Of a DNA stretch of 64,000 bases, positions 41,804 to 51,076 are shown one piece after another. How positions within the stretch are numbered: position 1 is the first letter of the stretch; every line of letters begins with the position of its first letter. The translations under genes were made by a program, and so were the position numbers. The notes below the pieces were generated by a model that did no database searches, was not told the origin of the DNA, and saw nothing but the letters and a program-made list of their open reading frames with translations. This stretch comes from Bacteroidota bacterium. GTDB lineage: Bacteria; Bacteroidota; Bacteroidia; NS11-12g; UBA955. The DNA is taken from the NCBI GenBank assembly GCA_030830065.1, contig JAURNR010000047.1:4613-68612 (forward strand), read 5' to 3'.

Positions 41804-43510
41804 CTAAAATAACTTATAGCTGACTAATGATTGAACAAATAACCCTGTATGAGAATATGAACTTTCAGAATTAATAAACTGATCCTGATTCTTCCATCTA
41901 TTATCAGTAATATCAAAGTGATATTGAGAAATGAATTCAATTGCAACCTTGCCCAAATTTAACCCAACATCTAATCCAATTCCCAAACCGAATCCGTTAT
42001 TCATAATAGTATTCAAAGGTTCAGGATTTGAAAGATTTAATGGAATATTATCAAACCAGGAAAGGGTAGAACTTGCAAGAACGATAGACTCATTTATTCC
42101 CATTGAAAAACTATGATTACCTACAATTCTAGTTGAACCAAATATTTGAAATTGCCGTATATTATAATTAGATCCATTTTCATCAAGAGATAAACTTTTA
42201 CTTCCATAACTCAGTATAGATTTATTGCCTTCGCCAAATCGAAAACCTAAAGCCACACCCGTCTGGATTATTCTATTTACACCTTCGAGTTGCCTTGAAC
42301 TTAAAGACTGATTTAACATTTCTGTATTTGTCTTTTGAAGGATTAAAGATGGGCCAAAATATACTCCTTCCTCGTTGTTATTTATCTCAACTTCAAAATC
42401 ATTTTCTATTAACTCATCTTCAGATTCATTATCGTTATAAATTTCAGGAATATAAATTAGGCTCCACGGTTCATTATTAATGGCAAAAATGTTAACATCC
42501 GGGGGTAATATTTTTTTCTGAGAAACATCGATATTTCCGAAAAAATCTCTTTGAGATTCTAAATTTGGAAAATACTTCAATGCCTGCCTTATACTCAGCA
42601 AATCCACTCCTAAAGTTTGATCATTAAATGTATCGGAAAATTCATAATCGTCAACAAAAAACCAGAAATGCTTGACCGATAGACTGTCATTTTCTCTTTT
42701 TACAGATGTCTTTTTACACCAATCAATCAAGCCATTGTATTGTAAATTCAGTGTGTGCATATGAAATGCACCACTAGACTTATACTCATTGATCAAGGGA
42801 ATTAAATTATTCCATAAGTCATTACCTCCTATGGCACTAACAATTCTATTTAAAGATTCAAATGAGTCCAAAGCAAATCTAGAAGTACGGGAAAAATCAT
42901 TTTCTATAGCCTCTTCTTGATCAATTTCAGATGTGAGTTCTACATAGCGCTGATATGATCTAATTGATTCTATACTAGTATTGAATGAATCATAATTCCA
43001 AAAAATATCATTTAATAAACTCATAAATAGTTTATCATCCTCAAAAATCATTGAATAGGTAGATTTATAAAATGACTCCGGTTTAACCTGCACTAAACCG
43101 AGCTTTATCTTTTTTGAAGAATCTAATAAATCAAACCACTCTAAGAAAGGTTTAAACTGGTCTAGCCGCAGATACTTTAAACGCGCACTAGTATCACGCC
43201 TGGTTTCAACCAATTCAAATTCAGTTAAATGAATTATTCGATTTATCACTGGAGCATACAGTGGCTTTAACCGAGCATATACAATTTGTGAATCGGTTAA
43301 CTCCTGATTGCTCAGGTATTCCAACATCCAAAACAATTCTTTATATTCTTGTTGGAATCCCTCAAACGGAGAAAACTTTTGATTACCAGAAAATTTACAA
43401 TTAGTGGTATGCACCAACCATTTTGAAGTATCTGAATCTTGGCTGAACAACAAATGACTACTTTGTACTATCAGAAGTAAAATAATTATAGGTTTTAGTA
43501 GTCTATTCAT
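41804..43510 (-). CDS. Hypothetical secreted protein with C-terminal outer-membrane beta-barrel-like region
   Basis: Signal peptide MNRLLKPIIILLLIVQSSHLLFSQ; C-terminal Gly/aromatic-rich strands ending in ...LVSYKLF (terminal Phe typical of OMPs); 2-nt spacing to the downstream paralogous-architecture gene. Confidence 0.3.
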   Translation of the reverse strand: MNRLLKPIIILLLIVQSSHLLFSQDSDTSKWLVHTTNCKFSGNQKFSPFEGFQQEYKELFWMLEYLSNQELTDSQIVYARLKPLYAPVINRIIHLTEFELVETRRDTSARLKYLRLDQFKPFLEWFDLLDSSKKIKLGLVQVKPESFYKSTYSMIFEDDKLFMSLLNDIFWNYDSFNTSIESIRSYQRYVELTSEIDQEEAIENDFSRTSRFALDSFESLNRIVSAIGGNDLWNNLIPLINEYKSSGAFHMHTLNLQYNGLIDWCKKTSVKRENDSLSVKHFWFFVDDYEFSDTFNDQTLGVDLLSIRQALKYFPNLESQRDFFGNIDVSQKKILPPDVNIFAINNEPWSLIYIPEIYNDNESEDELIENDFEVEINNNEEGVYFGPSLILQKTNTEMLNQSLSSRQLEGVNRIIQTGVALGFRFGEGNKSILSYGSKSLSLDENGSNYNIRQFQIFGSTRIVGNHSFSMGINESIVLASSTLSWFDNIPLNLSNPEPLNTIMNNGFGLGIGLDVGLNLGKVAIEFISQYHFDITDNRWKNQDQFINSESSYSHTGLFVQSLVSYKLF

Positions 43511-43519
43511 TCCATTGAG

Positions 43520-44407
43520 TTAAACGATGTTTAGCACCTGTTCTTTTATATGTTCAAGGGTTTCTTTCATTTTCACTACAGACTGTTGCATCAAGAAATA
43601 ATTACTTTTGACCCCTAGTGTATTAATTTCCCTACCCATTTCTTGAGAAATGAACTGCAACTTCCTGCCTGTTGGCTCTAGTTTGAGAGTATCAATAAAA
43701 TACTTTATATGTTGATTTAATCTTTGTTTTTCCTCGGAAATATCCCATTTATCTAAATAAATTAATATTTCTTGCTCTAATCTATTTTCATCTACATTAT
43801 TTTCGCCAACATGCTCAAGAACATTTCCGTAAACTCTTTCTCTTAAAGCCTCCCTCCTATCCCCTTCCAGGTTTTCAACTAAAATTAATTCGTTAGAAAT
43901 TTGGTGAATATACTCACCAAGTTGCTTTCCGGTTGCTTGCCCTTCGTCTTTACGATACCCATCTAACTTCTCTGCAGCAATTTTAGTTGCCTCAATTATG
44001 GCATCTTTTAATTCAGTGCTCACCTCTTTTTCTCCTAACCCCAATACATCAGGAACTTTAAGTACTTCTCTCAACGGGTCGCTCAAAGTAGTTTCTAAAT
44101 CCGTTTCGATATCACGTAAAGCCTTTAAATATTGCTTAGCTAAAGGAATATTTATTCTAATTTCTTGATTTAGGTTATTATCTGATTCGTTTTTTATGTG
44201 ATATGCAACAGTTATCGTTCCTCTTGTCAATTTCTCTGATAAAAGTTTACGAATCAATGGATCGAGTTCCGAAAGATATTTAGGAAGACGAATTTCGGCA
44301 TCAAAATATCTGCCATTTAAAGCTTTAATCTCACAAGTGACCTTGGTTTGTTCGCTTTCAACTATCCCTCTTCCAAAGCCAGTCATGCTTCTAATCACAT
44401 TGTGCAT
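43520..44407 (-). CDS. yicC: YicC-family stress-induced protein
   Basis: MTGFGRGIVESEQTKVTCEIKALNGRYFD N-terminus; 295 aa. Confidence 0.9.
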   Translation of the reverse strand: MHNVIRSMTGFGRGIVESEQTKVTCEIKALNGRYFDAEIRLPKYLSELDPLIRKLLSEKLTRGTITVAYHIKNESDNNLNQEIRINIPLAKQYLKALRDIETDLETTLSDPLREVLKVPDVLGLGEKEVSTELKDAIIEATKIAAEKLDGYRKDEGQATGKQLGEYIHQISNELILVENLEGDRREALRERVYGNVLEHVGENNVDENRLEQEILIYLDKWDISEEKQRLNQHIKYFIDTLKLEPTGRKLQFISQEMGREINTLGVKSNYFLMQQSVVKMKETLEHIKEQVLNIV

Positions 44408-44498
44408 TTGGCGAATTTAGTCAATTTTATGTGACTCCAACAATCAATGAGCTACCGCAATCGTTTAAACTAAAAGGAATATCAATTATAAACTACCT

Positions 44499-45560
44499 TT
44501 GTACTACATAGAGAATTTACACTACGGTAACCAGAACATGATTAGAGCTAAACGCAATAAAAACCATTTACGGATAAATAACATAATTACGGGATTCATT
44601 TTAACCATTGCTTTTTTTTCCTGTGGCGATAATTCAAAAACAACTACCACAACAACTACCACAACTAGTAATCTTAAAGTAATTAAAGTTATTAGAAATG
44701 AATTCAACCCAGATTCTGCCTATAAAAATATTGAAACACAATTATACTTCGGATATAGAATTCCCGGAACAAAAGAGCACAAACAATGCTCTGAATGGTT
44801 ACTGCAAACATTAAAAAAGAATTGTGACACAACCTACTTACAAGCAACGACAACCGAAACATTTGATGGCTCAATTATTCCAGTTTATAACATACTAGGA
44901 AGCTTTAATCCTAATGCAGAAAAACGTCTTTTACTCGCCTCACATTGGGATTCAAGACCTTATGCAGATGAAGATGATAGCCATCCCAACAAACCCGTAC
45001 CCGGAGCCAATGATGGGGGTAGCGGAGTAGGTATACTATTAGAATTATCACGCGTTTTAAAAGAATCAGAAATAGACTTTGGGATAGACATTCTTTTCTT
45101 TGACGCTGAAGATTTAGGAAAATCACAATACCCAAATTCATTCTGCTTGGGGAGTCAAATTTGGTCTAAAACACCACATATTGTTGGTTATAAGGCGGAT
45201 GTTGGAATATTGTTAGATATGGTTGGCGGGGCCAATGCGGAATTTTATTGGGAAGGTAATTCTTCTCAATGGGGATATAATACATTAGCACATATATGGA
45301 CAATTGCGCAGGAATTAGGTCATGGCAACAACTTTCTTACCAAGAGTACCGCACCTATAATTGATGATCATATTTATGTTCAAAAATTTAGTGGTATACC
45401 GATGATTGATATTATTGACTACAACTCACAGGATGGTTTCGCAGACCACTGGCATACCGTTGATGACGATTTAAATGCTATTGATAAAAATACATTGCAT
45501 GCAGTTGGATCAACACTTGAACATTTTATTTTTAATCCAACATCAGATTTAAAACAATGA
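44499..45560 (+). CDS. M28-family zinc peptidase (glutaminyl-cyclase/aminopeptidase-like) with N-terminal poly-Thr linker
   Basis: Metal-ligand motifs SHWDSRPYAD, NDGGSGVGILLE, FFDAEDLG; N-terminal KTTTTTTTTTSN linker. Confidence 0.75.
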   Translation: MYYIENLHYGNQNMIRAKRNKNHLRINNIITGFILTIAFFSCGDNSKTTTTTTTTTSNLKVIKVIRNEFNPDSAYKNIETQLYFGYRIPGTKEHKQCSEWLLQTLKKNCDTTYLQATTTETFDGSIIPVYNILGSFNPNAEKRLLLASHWDSRPYADEDDSHPNKPVPGANDGGSGVGILLELSRVLKESEIDFGIDILFFDAEDLGKSQYPNSFCLGSQIWSKTPHIVGYKADVGILLDMVGGANAEFYWEGNSSQWGYNTLAHIWTIAQELGHGNNFLTKSTAPIIDDHIYVQKFSGIPMIDIIDYNSQDGFADHWHTVDDDLNAIDKNTLHAVGSTLEHFIFNPTSDLKQ

Positions 45561-46282
45561 TAAGGAACATCGATATTTTAGCTTTCGGAGCACATCCAGA
45601 TGATGTAGAACTATCATGTTCTGGGACTTTATTAAAGCAAAAGGCATTAGGAAACACTATCGGGATAATTGATTTAACAAAAGGTGAATTAGGAAGTAGA
45701 GGAACCCCAGAAAAGCGAGCTAAAGAAGCAAGAAAAAGTTCTGAGATTTTGGGATTAGATGTAAGAGAAAATTTGGGATTACCTGATGGCTTTTTTGAAG
45801 AAAATGAAGAAACACTAAAGCTAATTATAAGAGTAATTAGAAAGTATAAGCCAAGTATTATCCTTGCTAATGCTCCTTCGGATAGGCACCCAGATCATGG
45901 ACGTGCTTCTCAATTAATGCGTCGTGCTTGCTTCCTTTCCGGTTTGGTAAAGATAAAAACTGAGATTAATGGTAACGAGCAGGAGCCTCACAGGCCAAAT
46001 AATATTTACTTTTACATACAGGATAGAAATATAGGTCCTGATTTTGTAGTAGATATTACAGGTTATTTCGATAAAAAAATGGAGTGCATTTTAGCATTTG
46101 ACAGTCAATTTTATTCTGAAAATTCCGAAGAGCCAAGAACCCCTATTAGTGGTAAGGAATTTCTTAAATTCATTGAATCACGATCAAGAGAATTTGGACG
46201 TTGTATACATACAGAATTTGGTGAGGGGTTCATTACTGAAAAAGGGTGTTTAGGAGTAAATGATTTAAAGCATTTAATTTAG
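45557..46282 (+). CDS. bshB1: PIG-L/LmbE-family deacetylase, bacillithiol biosynthesis BshB1-like
   Basis: ILAFGAHPDDVELSCSGTLLK...DLTKGELGSRGT matches BshB1. Confidence 0.8.
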   Translation: MIRNIDILAFGAHPDDVELSCSGTLLKQKALGNTIGIIDLTKGELGSRGTPEKRAKEARKSSEILGLDVRENLGLPDGFFEENEETLKLIIRVIRKYKPSIILANAPSDRHPDHGRASQLMRRACFLSGLVKIKTEINGNEQEPHRPNNIYFYIQDRNIGPDFVVDITGYFDKKMECILAFDSQFYSENSEEPRTPISGKEFLKFIESRSREFGRCIHTEFGEGFITEKGCLGVNDLKHLI

Positions 46283-47656
46283 TTGAAGCTGAAATTAGCC
46301 ATATCGATTGGATTCTTAACACTTTTCATATCAGAATCATCAATGATTTCTGCGCAGCATCCGATGATTGATAAATTATCTAATCTTAAAGCTATTTCCA
46401 TTAAAAGACATCCTATCAACAAAGATTCAAATACACTTTACTTGCCAATGTATTTTAATACCGCTGAAATTATTGAAAAATATAATTTTAACGAGCTTCC
46501 TAAAGATCGAGAAGTAATTCGAGTACATTTGGCCTATACTAGATACAAAGAGGTTGATACATTTAACCAAAAGAGACTTAACAGAAATAGGTTTATCAAA
46601 TTGTATGAGAAATTTCCTGAATTATTTAATTCCAACGAAATTGAATGGCGAATTTATGAACAGGTAAAAGCTACAAGACATGAGGTAGCTCAAAAAGAAT
46701 TACACGGTTTTGTTATCTTTATGAGAAAACCTCGAGATTGGAGTTCATTAACAAAAGAACGAAGTTTGATTGATAAATTATTGCTTGATTTCCACGATAG
46801 TACAATTGTAGTACCTGATAAAAAAGTATACCGAGTAAGAAGAAAAAGAGTTTCTACAGGAAAATACATACCCGTTCGCTATGATAAACAAGAAAAAGGT
46901 ATTCGATATAAAAATCCATCCATATGGGGAAGAGAGCCTGAATATAAACTAGTGTATGACACTTTAGGCTTCAAAACAATTAAAGGAAGCAGTAGAAAAA
47001 TTGGAATTTTCAATGGTAATATTTTAGCAAACTCAGATGAATATGAGTCGCTTGCCAATAGAAAATTTGAAGGTAATTGGGCTATTGTTTCAGATGTCAC
47101 TGCGAGCATGTCTCCCTACAGTGCACAAGTTCTAGCTTTTCTTAAAACCAATTCCGAATTCCGCAAGAAAAGCAATTTAGCTTTCTTTAATGATGGCGAC
47201 GGAAAACCAGAATCATTAAAAAGATTAGGGTATAGTGGAGGGATTTACTATGTCGGCGGAAATGACATAGACTCCGTTTATTACACTATGCTTACTGCAA
47301 TGAAAAACGGTGACGGCGGTGATTACCCAGAAAATAATATTGAAGCAGTGGTACGTGCCATTAATAAATGGCCTAAAACAGATTCAATTTTATTAATAGC
47401 GGACTCGCGGGCAATGGTAAAGGATATTAGATTATTGAGATATATTAAGAAGCCAGTTTGTATTCTTCTGTGCGGAAATGTTAATGGCGATATTTCTGAA
47501 GATTACCTAGAAATTGCAAGGCAAACTAAAGGATGTATTATTCAAACCGACGGTGATTTACGAGTTTATAAAAAATTAAAAAACGGTGAAATAGTTGAAA
47601 ATAATGGCCGCGAATATAGATACAGTAAAAATTCTTTATTGTTGAATGATTACTGA
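46283..47656 (+). CDS. Hypothetical secreted protein with C-terminal vWA-like domain (TTG start)
   Basis: Signal peptide KLKLAISIGFLTLFISESSMISAQ after a TTG start directly following the bshB1 stop; MIDAS-like D.T.S (AIVSDVTASMS) and vWA-like beta-alpha pattern in the C-terminal half. Confidence 0.3.
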   Translation: MKLKLAISIGFLTLFISESSMISAQHPMIDKLSNLKAISIKRHPINKDSNTLYLPMYFNTAEIIEKYNFNELPKDREVIRVHLAYTRYKEVDTFNQKRLNRNRFIKLYEKFPELFNSNEIEWRIYEQVKATRHEVAQKELHGFVIFMRKPRDWSSLTKERSLIDKLLLDFHDSTIVVPDKKVYRVRRKRVSTGKYIPVRYDKQEKGIRYKNPSIWGREPEYKLVYDTLGFKTIKGSSRKIGIFNGNILANSDEYESLANRKFEGNWAIVSDVTASMSPYSAQVLAFLKTNSEFRKKSNLAFFNDGDGKPESLKRLGYSGGIYYVGGNDIDSVYYTMLTAMKNGDGGDYPENNIEAVVRAINKWPKTDSILLIADSRAMVKDIRLLRYIKKPVCILLCGNVNGDISEDYLEIARQTKGCIIQTDGDLRVYKKLKNGEIVENNGREYRYSKNSLLLNDY

Positions 47657-47732
47657 TTATTTTCTCTATTCTATATTAAAGTGATATAAATCATAAACTT
47701 TGATCAAATAGGCTTAGTACATTTGCAAACAC

Positions 47733-48737
47733 ATGATTGAAACCGACATTATAATAATAGGAGCTGGACCAGTAGGTTTATTTACTGTGTTTGAAGCCGG
47801 TTTGTTGAAATTACGTTGTCATATCATTGATGTTCTCCCTCAACCAGGAGGACAATTAACAGAAATTTATCCAAAGAAGCCGATTTATGATATTCCTGGA
47901 TTCCCTGAGATTTTAGCAGGGGATTTAATCGAGAACTTAATGCAGCAAATAGCACCATTCAAACCGGGCTTTACATTAGGAGAAAAAGCAATTTCCATTG
48001 AAAAAGAGGGTGAAAATTTTCTTGTTACCACTAATGGAGGTAAAATCCACAAAGCACCCAACATTGCAATTGCCGGAGGACTAGGGGTATTTGAACCTCG
48101 CAAACCACCAATAAATAATTTATCAGATTTTGAATCAAAGGGTGTAGACTACATGATTAAAAATCCTGAAAAATATCGAAATAAAAATGTAGTTATTGCT
48201 GGTGGCGGTGATAGCGCATTGGACTGGACTATTTTCTTAAAAGATATTGCCAAATCTGTAACCCTAGTACATAGAAGTGGAAGTTTCCGGGGACACCTCG
48301 ATTCTGTTCAAAAAGTCATGAACGCAGATGAAAAGGGCAATTTAAGATTAATGACATACACGGAAATCACAGAATTGAGTGGCAGCGAAAAACTTGAAAA
48401 GGTTTATGCAAAGATTAAAGATAAAGAACCCGAGTGGATAGAAACAGACTACTTCCTCCCATTATTTGGTTTATCTCCAAAGTTAGGTCCTATCGCTGAT
48501 TGGGGCTTGAATATTGATAAAAATGCTATCGAGGTGACCACTGAAGATTATTCTACAAATATCCCTGGGATTTATGCAATTGGTGATATTAATACATATA
48601 AAGGGAAATTGAAACTTATACTATGTGGGTTCCATGAAGCAACATTAATGGTCCAAAGTGCTTTCAAACGTATTTACCCCGATAAAAATCTAGTATTAAA
48701 ATATACTACAGTGAATGGTGTAAATGGATTTGATTAA
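47733..48737 (+). CDS. Ferredoxin-NADP+ reductase type 2 (thioredoxin-reductase-like flavoprotein, YumC/YpdA-like)
   Basis: IIIIGAGPVGLF FAD-binding GxGxxG; VIAGGGDSALDW NADPH motif; 334 aa. Confidence 0.8.
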   Translation: MIETDIIIIGAGPVGLFTVFEAGLLKLRCHIIDVLPQPGGQLTEIYPKKPIYDIPGFPEILAGDLIENLMQQIAPFKPGFTLGEKAISIEKEGENFLVTTNGGKIHKAPNIAIAGGLGVFEPRKPPINNLSDFESKGVDYMIKNPEKYRNKNVVIAGGGDSALDWTIFLKDIAKSVTLVHRSGSFRGHLDSVQKVMNADEKGNLRLMTYTEITELSGSEKLEKVYAKIKDKEPEWIETDYFLPLFGLSPKLGPIADWGLNIDKNAIEVTTEDYSTNIPGIYAIGDINTYKGKLKLILCGFHEATLMVQSAFKRIYPDKNLVLKYTTVNGVNGFD

Positions 48738-48758
48738 TCCATCTTTATATTAACATTA

Positions 48759-49409
48759 ATGATTAAGCGCATTATTAAAATTCTGCTTTTAATTTTTGTA
48801 GTTAGCTTGCTTCCGGTTTTCATCTACAAATGGATAAACCCACCATTTACATTTATACAACAATCTCAATCTGAATTGCGTGGTGTAAAAGGTGAATGGT
48901 TGAGTTACGAGGAAATACCAAGGGATTTTATTATTTCAATTATTGCAAGTGAAGATCAAAAGTTTTTTGAACATTCAGGATTTGATTTAGAAGCAATAGA
49001 AAGCGCTCTAGAATATAACAAATCTCATAAATCAAAACGTGGTGCAAGTACAATTTCGCAGCAAACCGCAAAGAACACATTCTGCTGGGGAAGCAGAAGC
49101 TGGTTAAGGAAAGCCATCGAATCGTACTACACGATATTAATTGAATGGGTTTGGGGTAAGAAGCGAATAATAGAAGTTTATGTAAACATTATCGAAATGG
49201 GTCGAGGAACGTTTGGTATAGATGAAGCCGCAAAATATTATTTTAAAATAAAGGGTCATAAACTTAATCATAGTCAATGCGTATCAATCGTATCCATGTT
49301 ACCATGTCCTAGAACTTGCGGTATGAATCACCCATTAGCACGTGCAAGACAAAGATTAATTGAGAGAGCATTCCAAGGGAAATGGGTTGAGCTACCTGGT
49401 GATTTTTGA
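48759..49409 (+). CDS. mtgA: Monofunctional biosynthetic peptidoglycan transglycosylase
   Basis: GT51 motifs IIASEDQKFFEHSGFD and GASTISQQTAKN. Confidence 0.85.
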   Translation: MIKRIIKILLLIFVVSLLPVFIYKWINPPFTFIQQSQSELRGVKGEWLSYEEIPRDFIISIIASEDQKFFEHSGFDLEAIESALEYNKSHKSKRGASTISQQTAKNTFCWGSRSWLRKAIESYYTILIEWVWGKKRIIEVYVNIIEMGRGTFGIDEAAKYYFKIKGHKLNHSQCVSIVSMLPCPRTCGMNHPLARARQRLIERAFQGKWVELPGDF

Positions 49410-49610
49410 TTTAATTTTATTTAAATCTATAAGAATAGAAAAATCTGTTTTTCATCATTATTTGAATAAATAAATCGTACGGGTTGATCTAAGGATCCGG
49501 TTGGTACTTATCATCACATTGTTACTTAATTAAACATAACTTAAAAAGTGGACCTCTCTAAAAAGGAAAAGGAGGATAGTATGTAAGTCAAATTGATTAT
49601 TTTTGCAAGC

Positions 49611-50174
49611 ATGGCTACTACTCAGGATATATCTGTTGGAAATTTTATTCGCTACAATGGCGAGTTAGTACAAATTATTGAATGGCAACATCGGACACCG
49701 GGAAACTTAAGAGCATTTTATCAAGCAAAAATGCGTCGAGTAAAAGACGGTAAACTTGCAGAAAATAGATTCAGAAGTGGTGAAAGTGTTGAAATAATAC
49801 GTGTAGAAACGCATGAATTACAATATTTATACGAAGAGGGAGATGCATTTATTTGTATGAATAATGAAACCTATGATCAAATTCCAATTCAACAACATTT
49901 ATTTGGTGAAGGAGCCAAATTCATGAAAGAAGGTGATACAGTACAAATAGCTTTCGAAGGAGAAAACCCTGTGTCGGCAGAGCCTCCACAACACGCGATA
50001 CTTGAAATTACCTATACAGAACCTGGAGTAAAAGGAGACACTGCCACCAACACACTGAAACCTGCAACGGTTGAGACAGGAGCACAAGTTATGGTACCAT
50101 TATTTGTTGATACCGGTGAAAAAATTAAAGTAGATACAAAATCTGGTTCATATGTTGAAAGAGTAAAAGATTAG
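49611..50174 (+). CDS. efp: Translation elongation factor P
   Basis: MATTQDISVGNFIRYNGELVQIIEWQHRTPGNLRAFYQAKMRRV; start at the ATG at 49611, not the longest ORF at 49593. Confidence 0.95.
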   Translation: MATTQDISVGNFIRYNGELVQIIEWQHRTPGNLRAFYQAKMRRVKDGKLAENRFRSGESVEIIRVETHELQYLYEEGDAFICMNNETYDQIPIQQHLFGEGAKFMKEGDTVQIAFEGENPVSAEPPQHAILEITYTEPGVKGDTATNTLKPATVETGAQVMVPLFVDTGEKIKVDTKSGSYVERVKD

Positions 50175-50178
50175 TTAA

Positions 50179-51075
50179 ATGAAAACCCTTTCTGCCGAAA
50201 AAACTTTTTTGGCTCCTCCAGAGAAAGAATTAGCTAACCTTGAGAACTCAAAAGTAGCCATTCAGCTAATTCCTTATGAACATACTTCTAGTTATTTAAG
50301 TGGTTCCGACAAAGGCCCAGAAGCAATTATTGCTGCGAGTCATTTTGTTGAATTCTATGATGAAGAAATAGACGAAGAAGCCTATAAAAATACCGGAGTA
50401 GCGACACTAGAGCCCATAAATTTTAATGGCGTATACGACGAAGCAGCAGTTCATGCGATATATAATCAAACTATCGAACTTCTTAATCTCGAGAAATTTG
50501 TAATTACTTTAGGTGCTGAACATACTATTACTCAAGGAGTGGTAAAAGCATTCAAAGAAAAATTCAATAGTTTTACCGTGCTTCAAATAGATGCACATTC
50601 AGATCTAAGATCAGCATATCAAGGCAATCCTTATTCTCACGCCAGTGTAATGGCAAGAATTCATGACATGCAAATCCCGATGGTTCAAGTTGGAATAAGA
50701 GCACAATGCAAAGAAGAGGCAGAACTTATCAAAACATCCCCATTAATAAATACCTGGTACGCGCATCAATTAGATTCAAATGATCAATGGATTGATGATT
50801 GTATTTCCGCTTGTGGCGAAAACGTTTATGTAACGATTGATGCTGACGGATTTGACCCGTCCGTTGCTCCTGCTGTGGGTACCGCAGAACCCGGAGGACT
50901 ATCTTGGAAAATGGGAACCAAATTATTAAAAAAACTATCTGAAAGTAGAAATATCTTAGGCTTTGATATAGTTGAAATTGCTCCACGAGAAGGGGATATT
51001 TTAACCGAATTTACAATGGCTAAGTTGTGTTATAAATTTTTAGGTTTTATAAACCACAATCAACCCCTTAAGTAG
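50179..51075 (+). CDS. Arginase/agmatinase/formiminoglutamase-family ureohydrolase
   Basis: Mn-binding motifs QIDAHSDLR and VTIDADGFDPSVAPAVGTAEPGGLS. Confidence 0.8.
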   Translation: MKTLSAEKTFLAPPEKELANLENSKVAIQLIPYEHTSSYLSGSDKGPEAIIAASHFVEFYDEEIDEEAYKNTGVATLEPINFNGVYDEAAVHAIYNQTIELLNLEKFVITLGAEHTITQGVVKAFKEKFNSFTVLQIDAHSDLRSAYQGNPYSHASVMARIHDMQIPMVQVGIRAQCKEEAELIKTSPLINTWYAHQLDSNDQWIDDCISACGENVYVTIDADGFDPSVAPAVGTAEPGGLSWKMGTKLLKKLSESRNILGFDIVEIAPREGDILTEFTMAKLCYKFLGFINHNQPLK

Positions 51076-51076
51076 A

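Noticed and set aside
47733-48737. Ferredoxin-NADP reductase-like flavoprotein two genes after bshB1 as a candidate bacillithiol-disulfide reductase (YpdA/Bdr)
   Set aside because: The sequence tracks the YumC-type FNR pattern closely (GDSALDW, GFHEA C-terminus), and adjacency is interrupted by the vWA-like gene; a bacillithiol role cannot be claimed from sequence alone.
49560-49580. Shine-Dalgarno-like AAAAGGAAAAGGAGGA upstream of efp in a 183-nt intergenic region
   Set aside because: Bacteroidota initiate translation largely without SD pairing, and the motif lies ~35 nt from the likely ATG at 49611; I saw no conserved structure suggesting a riboswitch or sRNA.
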